Part shown: positions 49,651-58,400 of the stretch, piece after piece
Layout of the letters: every line of letters begins with the position of its first letter
Position numbering within the stretch: position 1 is the stretch's first letter
Virus record (IMG/VR): IMGVR_UViG_3300030333_002885
Location: 11,598-75,597 of that record
DNA from: a virus
Reading direction: 5' to 3' (one strand)
Length of the DNA stretch: 64,000 bases
Notes under the pieces: generated by a model
Database searches by the model: none
The model's input: only the letters and a program-made list of their open reading frames with translations
Told to the model about the DNA's origin: nothing
Position numbers and translations under genes: made by a program

Positions 49651-50253
49651 ATGTCAATTTATCCTATATTACCTCATCCTACATATGATGAGAATGATTT
49701 TGCAACTTGGGAAGGAGGTTTCACACCATCAGAGTGTGATGCTATTATCCGTTTAGGAGAGGAGCAAACATTAATTAACTCAACAGTTGGTGCTGGTCTT
49801 GTTGACCCATCCAAAGAAAATATTGCGATTAGAAAATCAAAGAATGGATGGATAGAATTAAATGATCGAAGTAAGTGGGTATATGATAGGATTGCGAATA
49901 TTTCTAGGTGTTTGAATGGATTAAATTGGAGATTTGAAATAAGTGGGTTTAATGAGCATTTACAATATACAAGGTATGATGCAGCAGATAAGGATTTCTA
50001 TGGGTGGCATACAGATGGATCTGTCAAAGGAGATGGACCACCTCGTAAATTATCACTAACAATACAATTATCCGACCCTAATGACTATGAGGGTGGAGAC
50101 TTTCAACTACATGGTACTAAATTATCTACAGTTGCTAAAGAGAGAGGGTTGACAGTATGTTTTCCTAGTTATACACTACATCAGGTTACTCCTGTAACTA
50201 AAGGAGTTAGAAAGAGTTTAGTCGTATGGTTGGTCGGTCCACCTTTTAAATAA
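49651..50253 (+). CDS. 2OG-Fe(II) oxygenase (PKHD/prolyl hydroxylase-like)
   Basis: WHTD, RKLSLTIQLSDP.DYEGG, FPSY.LH.VTPVTKG.R.SLV.W. Confidence 0.9.
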   Translation: MSIYPILPHPTYDENDFATWEGGFTPSECDAIIRLGEEQTLINSTVGAGLVDPSKENIAIRKSKNGWIELNDRSKWVYDRIANISRCLNGLNWRFEISGFNEHLQYTRYDAADKDFYGWHTDGSVKGDGPPRKLSLTIQLSDPNDYEGGDFQLHGTKLSTVAKERGLTVCFPSYTLHQVTPVTKGVRKSLVVWLVGPPFK

Positions 50254-50254
50254 T

Positions 50255-50806
50255 ATGAATCCACGAATTGATCCCCATTGTATAGCTAATGCTTTTAGCA
50301 ATTCAGAGTGCGAAAGTATTATTGAACTAGGTGAATCTATAGGACTTAAAGCATCAGGAATTGATGTAAATTCATTAAATCCTATTAGAAAGTCATGGAA
50401 TTCATTCATAAATTTTGATAAAGAAGTTGAGTGGATTTACAACCGAGTAGGTGACATTGCTAGAGAAATTAACCATAAATGGTATCATTTTGAAGCAGAT
50501 GGATTTGAGAATATACAATATATTAAATATGAAAGTGATGGATGTCATTATAATTGGCATGTAGATAATGACCTTAGTGATAATGCACCTTCAAGAAAGA
50601 TTGGATTCTCGTTACAACTTAGTGACTCAGATGAGTACGAAGGTGGTAACTTAGAAATACATCATACGGAATTGTTTAATGATTTACCTAGAGAAAAAGG
50701 AACTATGATCGTTTTTCCTAGTTTTTGTCTACATAGAATTACACCTGTCACTCGTGGTGTTCGTAGATCTATGGTAGCACACCTAGCAGGTAAACCATTC
50801 AGATGA
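50255..50806 (+). CDS. 2OG-Fe(II) oxygenase, tandem paralog
   Basis: WHVD, RKI...QLSD..EYEGG, FPS...HR.TPVTRG.R. Confidence 0.9.
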   Translation: MNPRIDPHCIANAFSNSECESIIELGESIGLKASGIDVNSLNPIRKSWNSFINFDKEVEWIYNRVGDIAREINHKWYHFEADGFENIQYIKYESDGCHYNWHVDNDLSDNAPSRKIGFSLQLSDSDEYEGGNLEIHHTELFNDLPREKGTMIVFPSFCLHRITPVTRGVRRSMVAHLAGKPFR

Positions 50807-50808
50807 TA

Positions 50809-50862
50809 CCAGTTTCTAAAGTGTCCACTAAATCACCCATAAACCCTGTCATGGACTATAAT
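50809..50862 (+). promoter_or_regulatory. Early promoter with upstream palindromic motif (copy 1)
   Basis: CCAGTTTCTAAAGTGTCCAC ... TATAAT. Confidence 0.7.
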
Positions 50863-50868
50863 AAGGGT

Positions 50869-52035
50869 ATGAAAAACACACACTTAGAGCATCTCGAAGA
50901 TACTATTCTTAACAGTGGTACTGTTGGTGGATTTGAGGTGGTTGAATTCCTACAGCAATTTGGGTATGTATTGCAGGGTAGGAAAACAGATCTAACTATT
51001 AGTACAAAATGGGATGGAGCACCTGCTATTATATGTGGTACTGATCCTGTTACTGGACAATTCTTTGTAGGTACTAAGAGTGTATTTAATAAGACTAATC
51101 CTAAAGTATGTTATGATAATGTTGACATTGATCGTTTTTATCAGGCAGAAGTATTAAGAAATAAACTAAAGACTTGCCTTAGACTATTACCAGAATTAAA
51201 TATTAAAGGTATTATTCAAGGTGATCTATTATATACTGCTGATGATAAACAATGGGCAAATGTAGGTAGTAAGAAATATATCTCATTCCAACCTAATGCT
51301 CTTAGATATGCTATTCACCCTGATAGTGCAATAGGTAAGCAAGTTCTTAATTCACAAATGGGAATAGTATTTCACACAGTATATAAAGGTGATACTATCG
51401 CTGGATCTACTGCTGTATATAATAAAGCACCACAATATAATAGCACATCAAATGTATATGTTGCTAGTTCAAATTATAGTGGTGTATCTAACTTTGATGT
51501 TCGTGACTCTGCAAAGTATAGTGCTATTGTTAATAGAGCAATAGGATCATTGAAGAGATCATCTAAATTCTTAGATATTATACAAGATTATGGACAGTCT
51601 AAGTTTGTAATGGCAGTATTATTCAAACAATTCTTTAACCAGAGAATTAGAACTGGTAAAGGTGTTGCTGATGTTAGAAGAGTTGCTAGTGATTTTGCAC
51701 AATTCTATTCTACTAAGATGGATGAGGAGATTGCTAAAAAGAAAACAGAAAAGACTAAATCAAAGTATAATAATATTAAAAGCAATGGATTAGCATTTAT
51801 TGCTAAGTATGAGCAAGAGATATATTTTACTGTTGCATCTTATATCTCAATTCGTGCTGCTAAGAAGATGATTATAGATCAGTTAAATAAAGTTACTGAT
51901 TTTAAAACATTTGTTGATGGTAGACCTTCACAACCAGAGGGTTATGTGGTATCATATAATGATAACGCTCTGAAATTTGTTGATGACGATTTTAGAAGAG
52001 CAAACATAACGGTTATCAAACAATGGGCAAAGTAG
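50869..52035 (+). CDS. DUF6267-like protein with ligase-like nucleotidyltransferase motifs
   Basis: MKNTHLEHLED, TKWDGAPA, QGD, PEGYV, LKFV. Confidence 0.75.
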   Translation: MKNTHLEHLEDTILNSGTVGGFEVVEFLQQFGYVLQGRKTDLTISTKWDGAPAIICGTDPVTGQFFVGTKSVFNKTNPKVCYDNVDIDRFYQAEVLRNKLKTCLRLLPELNIKGIIQGDLLYTADDKQWANVGSKKYISFQPNALRYAIHPDSAIGKQVLNSQMGIVFHTVYKGDTIAGSTAVYNKAPQYNSTSNVYVASSNYSGVSNFDVRDSAKYSAIVNRAIGSLKRSSKFLDIIQDYGQSKFVMAVLFKQFFNQRIRTGKGVADVRRVASDFAQFYSTKMDEEIAKKKTEKTKSKYNNIKSNGLAFIAKYEQEIYFTVASYISIRAAKKMIIDQLNKVTDFKTFVDGRPSQPEGYVVSYNDNALKFVDDDFRRANITVIKQWAK

Positions 52036-52286
52036 CAACATTCAAAGATTTTATTAAGGTTAGAGAGTATATTTACCTTAAGTATAATTATTATGCTGAA
52101 TTGGGTAGGATGAGAGATAATTTATCACCTGAAGAAGAATTACAGCAACACGCATGTTGGGAACTAATAAGAGATCTAAAAGGTTTCATGGATAATGTAG
52201 AGGAGAACTTTACTGATCCTGATATACTTAATGATTTTCTTATAAATGATAAAATAATACCTATAAACTTTAAAGATGAAATTTGA
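52023..52286 (+). CDS. Hypothetical protein
   Basis: Overlap-coupled ORF. Confidence 0.6.
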   Translation: MGKVATFKDFIKVREYIYLKYNYYAELGRMRDNLSPEEELQQHACWELIRDLKGFMDNVEENFTDPDILNDFLINDKIIPINFKDEI

Positions 52287-52812
52287 AGTATTTGATGACT
52301 ACATAACACCTACTTATCAAGAGATTATTAAGGATTTTATTTGTAGTCCAGAAACACATTGGTGTTATCAACCACACATGGATGAGAGTAATAAAGGTTA
52401 CTCACAGTTTATACATGCAATATATGATAAGAGTGAGAATGTAAACGATCATTTACTTCACAATTTAATATGTGGATTACTATCTAAAATAAAGGATGAT
52501 TTTTGCCCTAAAGGTTATCATTATAGAACTAGAGCAGTATTACAAACACCAGTACCAAATAGACCACATCATTATACACCACATATAGATAATAGTAGTA
52601 GAAATGCAGTTAGTTTTATATACTATCCACATGATGTAGATGGTGACACATATTTAATAGATAATAAAAATAATATATTGGATTTTGTATCACCAAAGCA
52701 GGGTAGATTGATAAAATTCCCATCATATCAATTACATGCAGGTCAACCACCTACAGAAGGAAGAAGGATGCTACTTAACATTAACTATCTAAATACTCCA
52801 GAAATGAATTAA
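52276..52812 (+). CDS. 2OG-Fe(II) oxygenase-like protein
   Basis: PHID...IYY...DGDT...SPKQGR...H...P...R...NIN. Confidence 0.75.
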   Translation: MKFEVFDDYITPTYQEIIKDFICSPETHWCYQPHMDESNKGYSQFIHAIYDKSENVNDHLLHNLICGLLSKIKDDFCPKGYHYRTRAVLQTPVPNRPHHYTPHIDNSSRNAVSFIYYPHDVDGDTYLIDNKNNILDFVSPKQGRLIKFPSYQLHAGQPPTEGRRMLLNINYLNTPEMN

Positions 52813-52814
52813 TC

Positions 52815-54206
52815 ATGGGAAGAAAGATTGCTGTTGTTGGTGCGAGTGCTGCTGGATTTGTTCAGTTAGCATCATTATCATTGAAGAGATATGAATTTTA
52901 TAATGAATATAAAGATGATGAATATGTATTGATACATGATCCTGATAAAGTATTACCAGTTATGTTATCTGGTACTAATCCAGCATTTTTTGATGAGTTA
53001 TGTTTAGCAACTAATATTAATAGAAGATGGTTACAAAAATATGCTGATGCTACTGATTGTCATGGTTATAAGTTTAGTGGATGGGGTAATAGGAGAGATA
53101 AGAACTTTCAATTAACATTTAAATCACAAATTGGTGCTCATTTAGATATTGAGAAGTTTAGAGCAGCAATGTTAGAAGATGGTGGAAAATCATTTGGTAG
53201 TAATGTTAGTATAATTGAAGAGAAAATAGATTCATTTCAAGATAATGCTAATGGTTGTAAGATTAATGGTGTAGATTATGATTATGTTATAGATTGTACT
53301 GAGATTGAACCATTAAAAGACATGTATGGTTATGGTACACCTAGTTTGACTAGTGTTAATACATGTTTAGTATTAGAGAAACCAGAAGCAGGTCATTGGG
53401 ATTATACCATAGAATATGCTGCTAAGTATGGTAGAATAACAGGTATTCCATTACAAAGTAGACAATTATGGATATATTTTTATGATAGCACAGAAGTATC
53501 TAAAGATGATATACTTGAGGATATGCAAACAGCATTTCCTGATGATGATATTACACAATGGAAACAAATAGGTGATGTAGAGGGTCATAGTTTTAGATGG
53601 ACACCTAAAGTATCTAATTATTGTGTATGTCCTACTACTGGTAGATATATTAGAAATGGTTCTGCATTAATTAATATTGAACCATTAACAGGATGTCATA
53701 ATGAATGTGTACAAGTTATGTGTGAGTCTATATCATTACTAACTCATACAGTAGCACCTAGAGAGATAGTTCATATTAAACAACAAATACAAGACACATA
53801 TTATGAACTATTAGCATATGATTATCAAGCACATTTATCATTCATGTATCATTGTGGTTCAAGATATGATACTGATTTTTGGATTAATGCTAAGAAATAT
53901 GCACGAGAGGTATTAAATGATAAAAGATATTTACATCCAGCATATTTTCCTGGAAAACCTTGGATAGATAATATATTATCTGATAAATGGGATGATGAGG
54001 AATATAGGAGATTAATTCGTGCAGATACTGAGTTACAGGATATAGGTGGTAGAAATAGAGTAGTTCCACTTGTAATAATGAATGATTATGCAATGTTTTG
54101 TGAACTTGCTATTGGATTAGGTGTTAGTTATGCTGATAGATTTAAGGTATTAGATATGTGTGATCCACCTGAAGATTATGGTACTATAGGTTATGAATAC
54201 TTCTAA
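52815..54206 (+). CDS. Tryptophan-halogenase-like flavoprotein, degenerate motifs
   Basis: IAVVGASAAG, F.GWG, IDCT, GIPLQSR, RNG.A...IEPL, GS.YDT.FW. Confidence 0.75.
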   Translation: MGRKIAVVGASAAGFVQLASLSLKRYEFYNEYKDDEYVLIHDPDKVLPVMLSGTNPAFFDELCLATNINRRWLQKYADATDCHGYKFSGWGNRRDKNFQLTFKSQIGAHLDIEKFRAAMLEDGGKSFGSNVSIIEEKIDSFQDNANGCKINGVDYDYVIDCTEIEPLKDMYGYGTPSLTSVNTCLVLEKPEAGHWDYTIEYAAKYGRITGIPLQSRQLWIYFYDSTEVSKDDILEDMQTAFPDDDITQWKQIGDVEGHSFRWTPKVSNYCVCPTTGRYIRNGSALINIEPLTGCHNECVQVMCESISLLTHTVAPREIVHIKQQIQDTYYELLAYDYQAHLSFMYHCGSRYDTDFWINAKKYAREVLNDKRYLHPAYFPGKPWIDNILSDKWDDEEYRRLIRADTELQDIGGRNRVVPLVIMNDYAMFCELAIGLGVSYADRFKVLDMCDPPEDYGTIGYEYF

Positions 54207-55539
54207 GAGAATTGCTGTTGTTGGTGCAGGTGTTGTTGGTGTTAATACATTACTAAGGTTAATTGATGAAAGATATCCTGGAGTTCATCTTACATGGATA
54301 TATGATTCAAAAATACCTATATTTGGTATTGGTGAATCAACTACACCAGATTTACCATCACAAATAGCACATAGTACAAATATAGTTAATCCTCATGTAA
54401 AGAAATACTTTGATGGTACTATTAAATTTGGTAATAAATTTATTGGATGGGGTAAGAAACATAATTTTATAAGATGGTTAGATATGCACTCTGTAGGTAT
54501 CCATTTTGATACTAAAGAGTTTACAAAATTCTTTATAGAATACTTACCATCTCATACACCAGAGTTAGATTTAATAGATGAAACTATTACACAATTAAAC
54601 TTTACATCTGATTCAGTATATGTTAATACTCATAAGTTTGATTTTGTTATAGATTGTACTGGTGGTAAATCATTAATAGATCACGATCAATTTTTTGATT
54701 CAACATTTGTATCAGTTAATACTGCACTAGCATTGAGATTACCTGAACCTGCTGATTGGGGTGTGACTATAACTTATGCCCATAGAAATGGGTGGATGTT
54801 TGGTATACCATTACAATCTAGGAGAACATTTGGATACTTATATAATGATAATGTAACAACTGAAGAGGAAGCATTAAAAGATTTTAGAACTATTATACCT
54901 GAAGCATTAGGTTATCCATATAAGAAGTTTTCATGGAAACCACAATTATCGAGGTATGTATTACATCATAGTGGAAGATATGCAAGAAATGGTAATGCTG
55001 TTGGATTTCTTGATCCATTAGAGTCATTAGCAGGATATTATTATGATAGAATATCTAACGAAGTATGTGCATTTGCATTAGGTAATAATCCTAATGATAT
55101 TGATACTATTAATAAAGTTAATGACTGGTATTATACAACAGTTATTGATGACTGGTATAAGAATATGGCGTGGATGTATCATTTTGGATCAAAATATGAT
55201 TCACTATTCTGGAGAAATATGGTAGCAGATTCAAGAGATCTTCTTAATAATAAAGAGATCAATGATTTTAATATATTAAATAAGGATCAGAATTTTACTG
55301 AAGATCTATTTAATATTATTGGTGATGATCCTCATTTAGTGAGAGATTTTATACTTAATAGAGTACATGATTATATCGGACATAATTTACATAATTTTGC
55401 TGGTAATTATAGAGATTTTGTTGAGTGGTCTTATGGTATGGGTGCTGACTATGCCCATAAGTTTCCATTATTAGTTCCACCTATAGATCTTAATGAGGAA
55501 TGGGGTGAATTGTCATTCGACACTAGGTCACTTAAATAA
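54193..55539 (+). CDS. Tryptophan-halogenase-like flavoprotein (PrnA family)
   Basis: VVGAGVVG, GIGEST, GTIKFG..F.GW, IDCTG, GWMFGIPL, GNA.GFLDPLES. Confidence 0.85.
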   Translation: MNTSKRIAVVGAGVVGVNTLLRLIDERYPGVHLTWIYDSKIPIFGIGESTTPDLPSQIAHSTNIVNPHVKKYFDGTIKFGNKFIGWGKKHNFIRWLDMHSVGIHFDTKEFTKFFIEYLPSHTPELDLIDETITQLNFTSDSVYVNTHKFDFVIDCTGGKSLIDHDQFFDSTFVSVNTALALRLPEPADWGVTITYAHRNGWMFGIPLQSRRTFGYLYNDNVTTEEEALKDFRTIIPEALGYPYKKFSWKPQLSRYVLHHSGRYARNGNAVGFLDPLESLAGYYYDRISNEVCAFALGNNPNDIDTINKVNDWYYTTVIDDWYKNMAWMYHFGSKYDSLFWRNMVADSRDLLNNKEINDFNILNKDQNFTEDLFNIIGDDPHLVRDFILNRVHDYIGHNLHNFAGNYRDFVEWSYGMGADYAHKFPLLVPPIDLNEEWGELSFDTRSLK

Positions 55540-55582
55540 CTGTCACTTTGTCACCACAATTTACTTAAAACTTCTGTATAAT
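55527..55582 (+). promoter_or_regulatory. Early promoter with upstream motif (copy 2)
   Basis: GTCACTTAAATAACTGTCAC ... TATAAT. Confidence 0.6.
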
Positions 55583-56321
55583 GAAAATACCTAAGAGATC
55601 CGAAATGACTGCTGCTGCTATTGCTGGTAAAACTGCTAAGAGAGTAGGTCACGAGTATGAGCATAGACTTGCTGAATTATTTGATAGTTTATTTGGTGGT
55701 GAACATAAGGTAGATGGTAGACCACAGACTAAGGTAGATATGTATGAGGAGAATACTAATAGAAAGTATTCTATTAAAAGTATATCAAAGAATCATACTC
55801 AGGTAGCATTATTGTCTACTGATAAGTTTATTAAACACTTTAAGATTAGAGGACATAGTGAGACATTCCTTAGAATGTTCTTTGGTTATCCTAATAAAGA
55901 GTTAAAATCTATTGTACAAGATATTCACCCTGATTTAAATCTTAGTGATAAAGAAATTAAACAAAATAGAGTATATAGAGATAATATTGATAAAAAGATA
56001 ACAACTGCATTTGTTAAATGGATGAATAAAAACAAATGTAAAATATTTGATGTTATTGTAAGAAGGGGATTTAATGGTGATGCAGTTGATACTGTTATAT
56101 TTCATACTAAAGGATCAGAATTACTTAGAATGGTAGCAGTAAATATGATGGAAAAGCAGGTGGAGACTGGGGTTTGGACATTAAATAATACTACATTAGA
56201 ATTCAGATTAGCAGATGGTAAGAAACTATTTCATTTACAAATGAAAGGGTCAGGAAAGAAATACAATTCAGGGTATCATGGTATGATGTTCCACATATAT
56301 AATATTAACTATAACAAATGA
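55581..56321 (+). CDS. Putative restriction-endonuclease-like nuclease (true start probably 55605)
   Basis: G..AK..G...E, KVD...YSIK (PD-(D/E)XK-like), LQMKGSG. Confidence 0.5.
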   Translation: MKIPKRSEMTAAAIAGKTAKRVGHEYEHRLAELFDSLFGGEHKVDGRPQTKVDMYEENTNRKYSIKSISKNHTQVALLSTDKFIKHFKIRGHSETFLRMFFGYPNKELKSIVQDIHPDLNLSDKEIKQNRVYRDNIDKKITTAFVKWMNKNKCKIFDVIVRRGFNGDAVDTVIFHTKGSELLRMVAVNMMEKQVETGVWTLNNTTLEFRLADGKKLFHLQMKGSGKKYNSGYHGMMFHIYNINYNK

Positions 56322-56324
56322 AAC

Positions 56325-56624
56325 ATGGCATCATATAATATTACACTAAAGGATCCTCAAGGTGGATTAGTTGGTCAATTTGATTGTGCTGATGATGTAT
56401 CAATATTAGATCAATTAGAAGAAGAAGGTTTAGATCATCCCTCATCATGTCGTGCTGGTGCATGTTCATCTTGTGCTATGAAATTAGAGGAAGGTAGTGT
56501 TAATCAGGAAGATCAATCATTCTTAGATGATGACCAAATAGAAGATGGATATGTGTTAACATGTGTAGCAACACCTACCTCAGATTGTGTTATAATAACT
56601 GAACAGGAAGAAAATTTGTATTAA
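56325..56624 (+). CDS. petF: Plant-type [2Fe-2S] ferredoxin
   Basis: [28 protein letters not shown]. Confidence 0.97.
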   Translation: MASYNITLKDPQGGLVGQFDCADDVSILDQLEEEGLDHPSSCRAGACSSCAMKLEEGSVNQEDQSFLDDDQIEDGYVLTCVATPTSDCVIITEQEENLY

Positions 56625-56713
56625 TGGAACAATCTTTAGAAATTGGTGGCACATTGCTATTTTTGGCATTAGGTGTTATAATAACATGGTATCAGTCCAA
56701 ATATTTTAAATGA
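56624..56713 (+). CDS. 29-aa single-TM peptide
   Basis: Hand-translated [29 protein letters not shown]; coupled to genes on both sides. Confidence 0.6.
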   Translation: MEQSLEIGGTLLFLALGVIITWYQSKYFK

Positions 56714-56919
56714 CAGCACCAATTCCTGATTGGACTAGACCTGAGAAAAGAAGAAATCAGGTTAAATCCAAATTTTATTATATCTTCTGGGGTATAGCAA
56801 CATTCTCTGTAGTAGCAGGTCAACTCTATGTTGGTAGTGGTTATAGAGCATATGCCAACGCATTGATGAGAATCTTTGATACTATTGAGGTAGAATTTAA
56901 TCAACCGAGGTTTTACTAA
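56710..56919 (+). CDS. Small membrane protein
   Basis: QVKSKFYYIFWGIAT.SVV.GQ.YVG.GY. Confidence 0.7.
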   Translation: MTAPIPDWTRPEKRRNQVKSKFYYIFWGIATFSVVAGQLYVGSGYRAYANALMRIFDTIEVEFNQPRFY

Positions 56920-57323
56920 TGTTAGATAAACTATACTCTACTATTATGAATAGAGGTGTTAAACAACAATTTAGTAACACCGACATTTATGAATCACCTG
57001 ATGGTGGTAATACTGTATATGTTAGAAAAGCAAATCAAGATCCTAAATTTAGATCTAGGGTTATTATAAACCATGATGATCCATTTATTGATGAATTGTT
57101 ATCAAAAGGTTATACATTTGATATTGCTAATTCATGGTATCGTAGAAAATGGACAACAAATCAAGGTGCTGAATCTATAGAAGAAGTTTACCAAATGTTA
57201 GAGCATGGTGAGGAAAAATCATGGAAACATTTGATGATAGGGTATGGTAATAAGATATTTTATGAAGAACCAGTCGAGAAAGTGTCACACAAGGGGGTTG
57301 GCAAGGACTTAGATCTGCTATAA
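56919..57323 (+). CDS. Hypothetical protein
   Basis: IYESPDGG.TVY.R motif. Confidence 0.65.
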   Translation: MLDKLYSTIMNRGVKQQFSNTDIYESPDGGNTVYVRKANQDPKFRSRVIINHDDPFIDELLSKGYTFDIANSWYRRKWTTNQGAESIEEVYQMLEHGEEKSWKHLMIGYGNKIFYEEPVEKVSHKGVGKDLDLL

Positions 57324-57324
57324 T
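57270..57324 (+). promoter_or_regulatory. Early promoter with upstream motif (copy 3)
   Basis: CCAGTCGAGAAAGTGTCAC ... TTGGCA ... TGCTATAAT. Confidence 0.75.
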
Positions 57325-57330
57325 GAGTAT

Positions 57331-57468
57331 GCGAAACAGTCAAGGGATCACTGAGTTTGGATCTAGACTGCGATCATCTGGAGTCATGGATTATGCCTCT
57401 CCAGTAACTGATTAAGCAGTCATATGACGATTCAGTAATTGACTACCCTCAGTCCCTTGATGTTTCGC
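57331..57468 (+). ncRNA. Candidate structured RNA A
   Basis: Nested helices GCGAAACA/TGTTTCGC, TCAAGGGA/TCCCTTGA, CTGAG/CTCAG, GACTGC/GCAGTC, CTGGAG/CTCCAG; starts 7 nt after TATAAT. Confidence 0.7.
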
Positions 57469-57495
57469 TCACCTACACATTGCATTTATTATTCT

Positions 57496-57819
57496 ATGCC
57501 AACTGCTGCTACTGTTACGAAAAAGGTATCTACAACCCCTCGTAAAAGACGCACTCGTAAAGTAACAACAACTGCTAAAACAACACCTGTTAAGAAGTCT
57601 GTTACTAAGGCAACACCAAAGAAATTAAAAAGACCTGCTAAACCAGTTTTAACTCTTAATCACTATAAGAGAGACTTCCAGTCAAGAGTTAAGATTCATA
57701 ATTATGAGTTTAACTTATTTGTGGAAGATTGCAAAAAAGGTTTACAGTTAGTAGAGAAATCTGCTCTTAGTTTCTATAAGTATGCCACCGAGTCTTACAA
57801 AACACACTTCAATGTGTGA
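57496..57819 (+). CDS. Basic protein with a K/T/P-rich N-terminus
   Basis: MPTAATVTKKVSTTPRKRRTRK...KKLKRPAKP. Confidence 0.75.
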   Translation: MPTAATVTKKVSTTPRKRRTRKVTTTAKTTPVKKSVTKATPKKLKRPAKPVLTLNHYKRDFQSRVKIHNYEFNLFVEDCKKGLQLVEKSALSFYKYATESYKTHFNV

Positions 57820-57874
57820 CAGTCAGTAAACTGAACACCAACCCCCTTCACAGGGGGTTTTTTAATGGTATAAT
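57816..57874 (+). promoter_or_regulatory. Early promoter with upstream motif (copy 4), overlapping a terminator
   Basis: GTGACAGTCAGTAAACTGAAC ... TGGTATAAT. Confidence 0.65.
57840..57863 (+). terminator. Intrinsic terminator
   Basis: AACCCCCT-TCAC-AGGGGGTT followed by a T run. Confidence 0.85.
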
Positions 57875-57880
57875 ATATGT

Positions 57881-58090
57881 GTTGACGAGATATGTGGTTC
57901 TACTGCCCGAACATTGACTGCCGATCCCATAAGCAACTCGGAGTCATCAGTAGGGGTTCAGGTGTAAGCGATTCCCAGTAGGTAAATTTGGGCATATAGG
58001 TGAAACCTATGTTGATGCCCCACTCTCCCAACTGCTGCTAGTCCCTTTGGTGGTTTCAGACTAGGAGGCGATAGGAAACCACCATTTTTC
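57881..58090 (+). ncRNA. Candidate structured RNA B with alternative pairings and a terminal terminator-like helix
   Basis: Multiple helices (see findings); GC-rich intergenic stretch starting 7 nt after TATAAT. Confidence 0.65.
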
Positions 58091-58104
58091 TTTATAATGA
58101 GTCT

Positions 58105-58398
58105 ATGACTAAGTTTTACTATCAAACTTATGACAATTATAAGTATCCTACTGTAAACTCACAACAGTTGTGGAGACAATACCCACCAACTTATAATGAG
58201 GTACAGAATAAATGGAAATTATCATTGTTAGAAAAATGTGAAACAAGTGGTCAAATTTGGGATGTAATTAACAGTAAATTGTGGGTTAAATCATTTACTG
58301 CACTATTACATAAGGCAAAGACTTATCCCGTAGTGTATGATAAATGGGGTATACTTCGCAAAAACTTTCTAAATAATCTTATAGAAAAGGATGATTAA
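58105..58398 (+). CDS. Hypothetical protein
   Basis: ORF track. Confidence 0.6.
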   Translation: MTKFYYQTYDNYKYPTVNSQQLWRQYPPTYNEVQNKWKLSLLEKCETSGQIWDVINSKLWVKSFTALLHKAKTYPVVYDKWGILRKNFLNNLIEKDD

Positions 58399-58400
58399 TT

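Noticed and set aside
57331-57468. Hammerhead ribozyme (CGAAAC and CTGAT present)
   Set aside because: No CUGANGA core, and GAAAC is sequestered in the closing helix
57439-57495. TTG-initiated N-terminal extension of the basic protein
   Set aside because: Overlaps the structured RNA; the ATG at 57496 is more plausible
57881-58090. tRNA, manA/wcaG motif, or pistol/twister ribozyme
   Set aside because: No cloverleaf or TTCGA arm, and I could not match the cores of those families by eye; left unassigned
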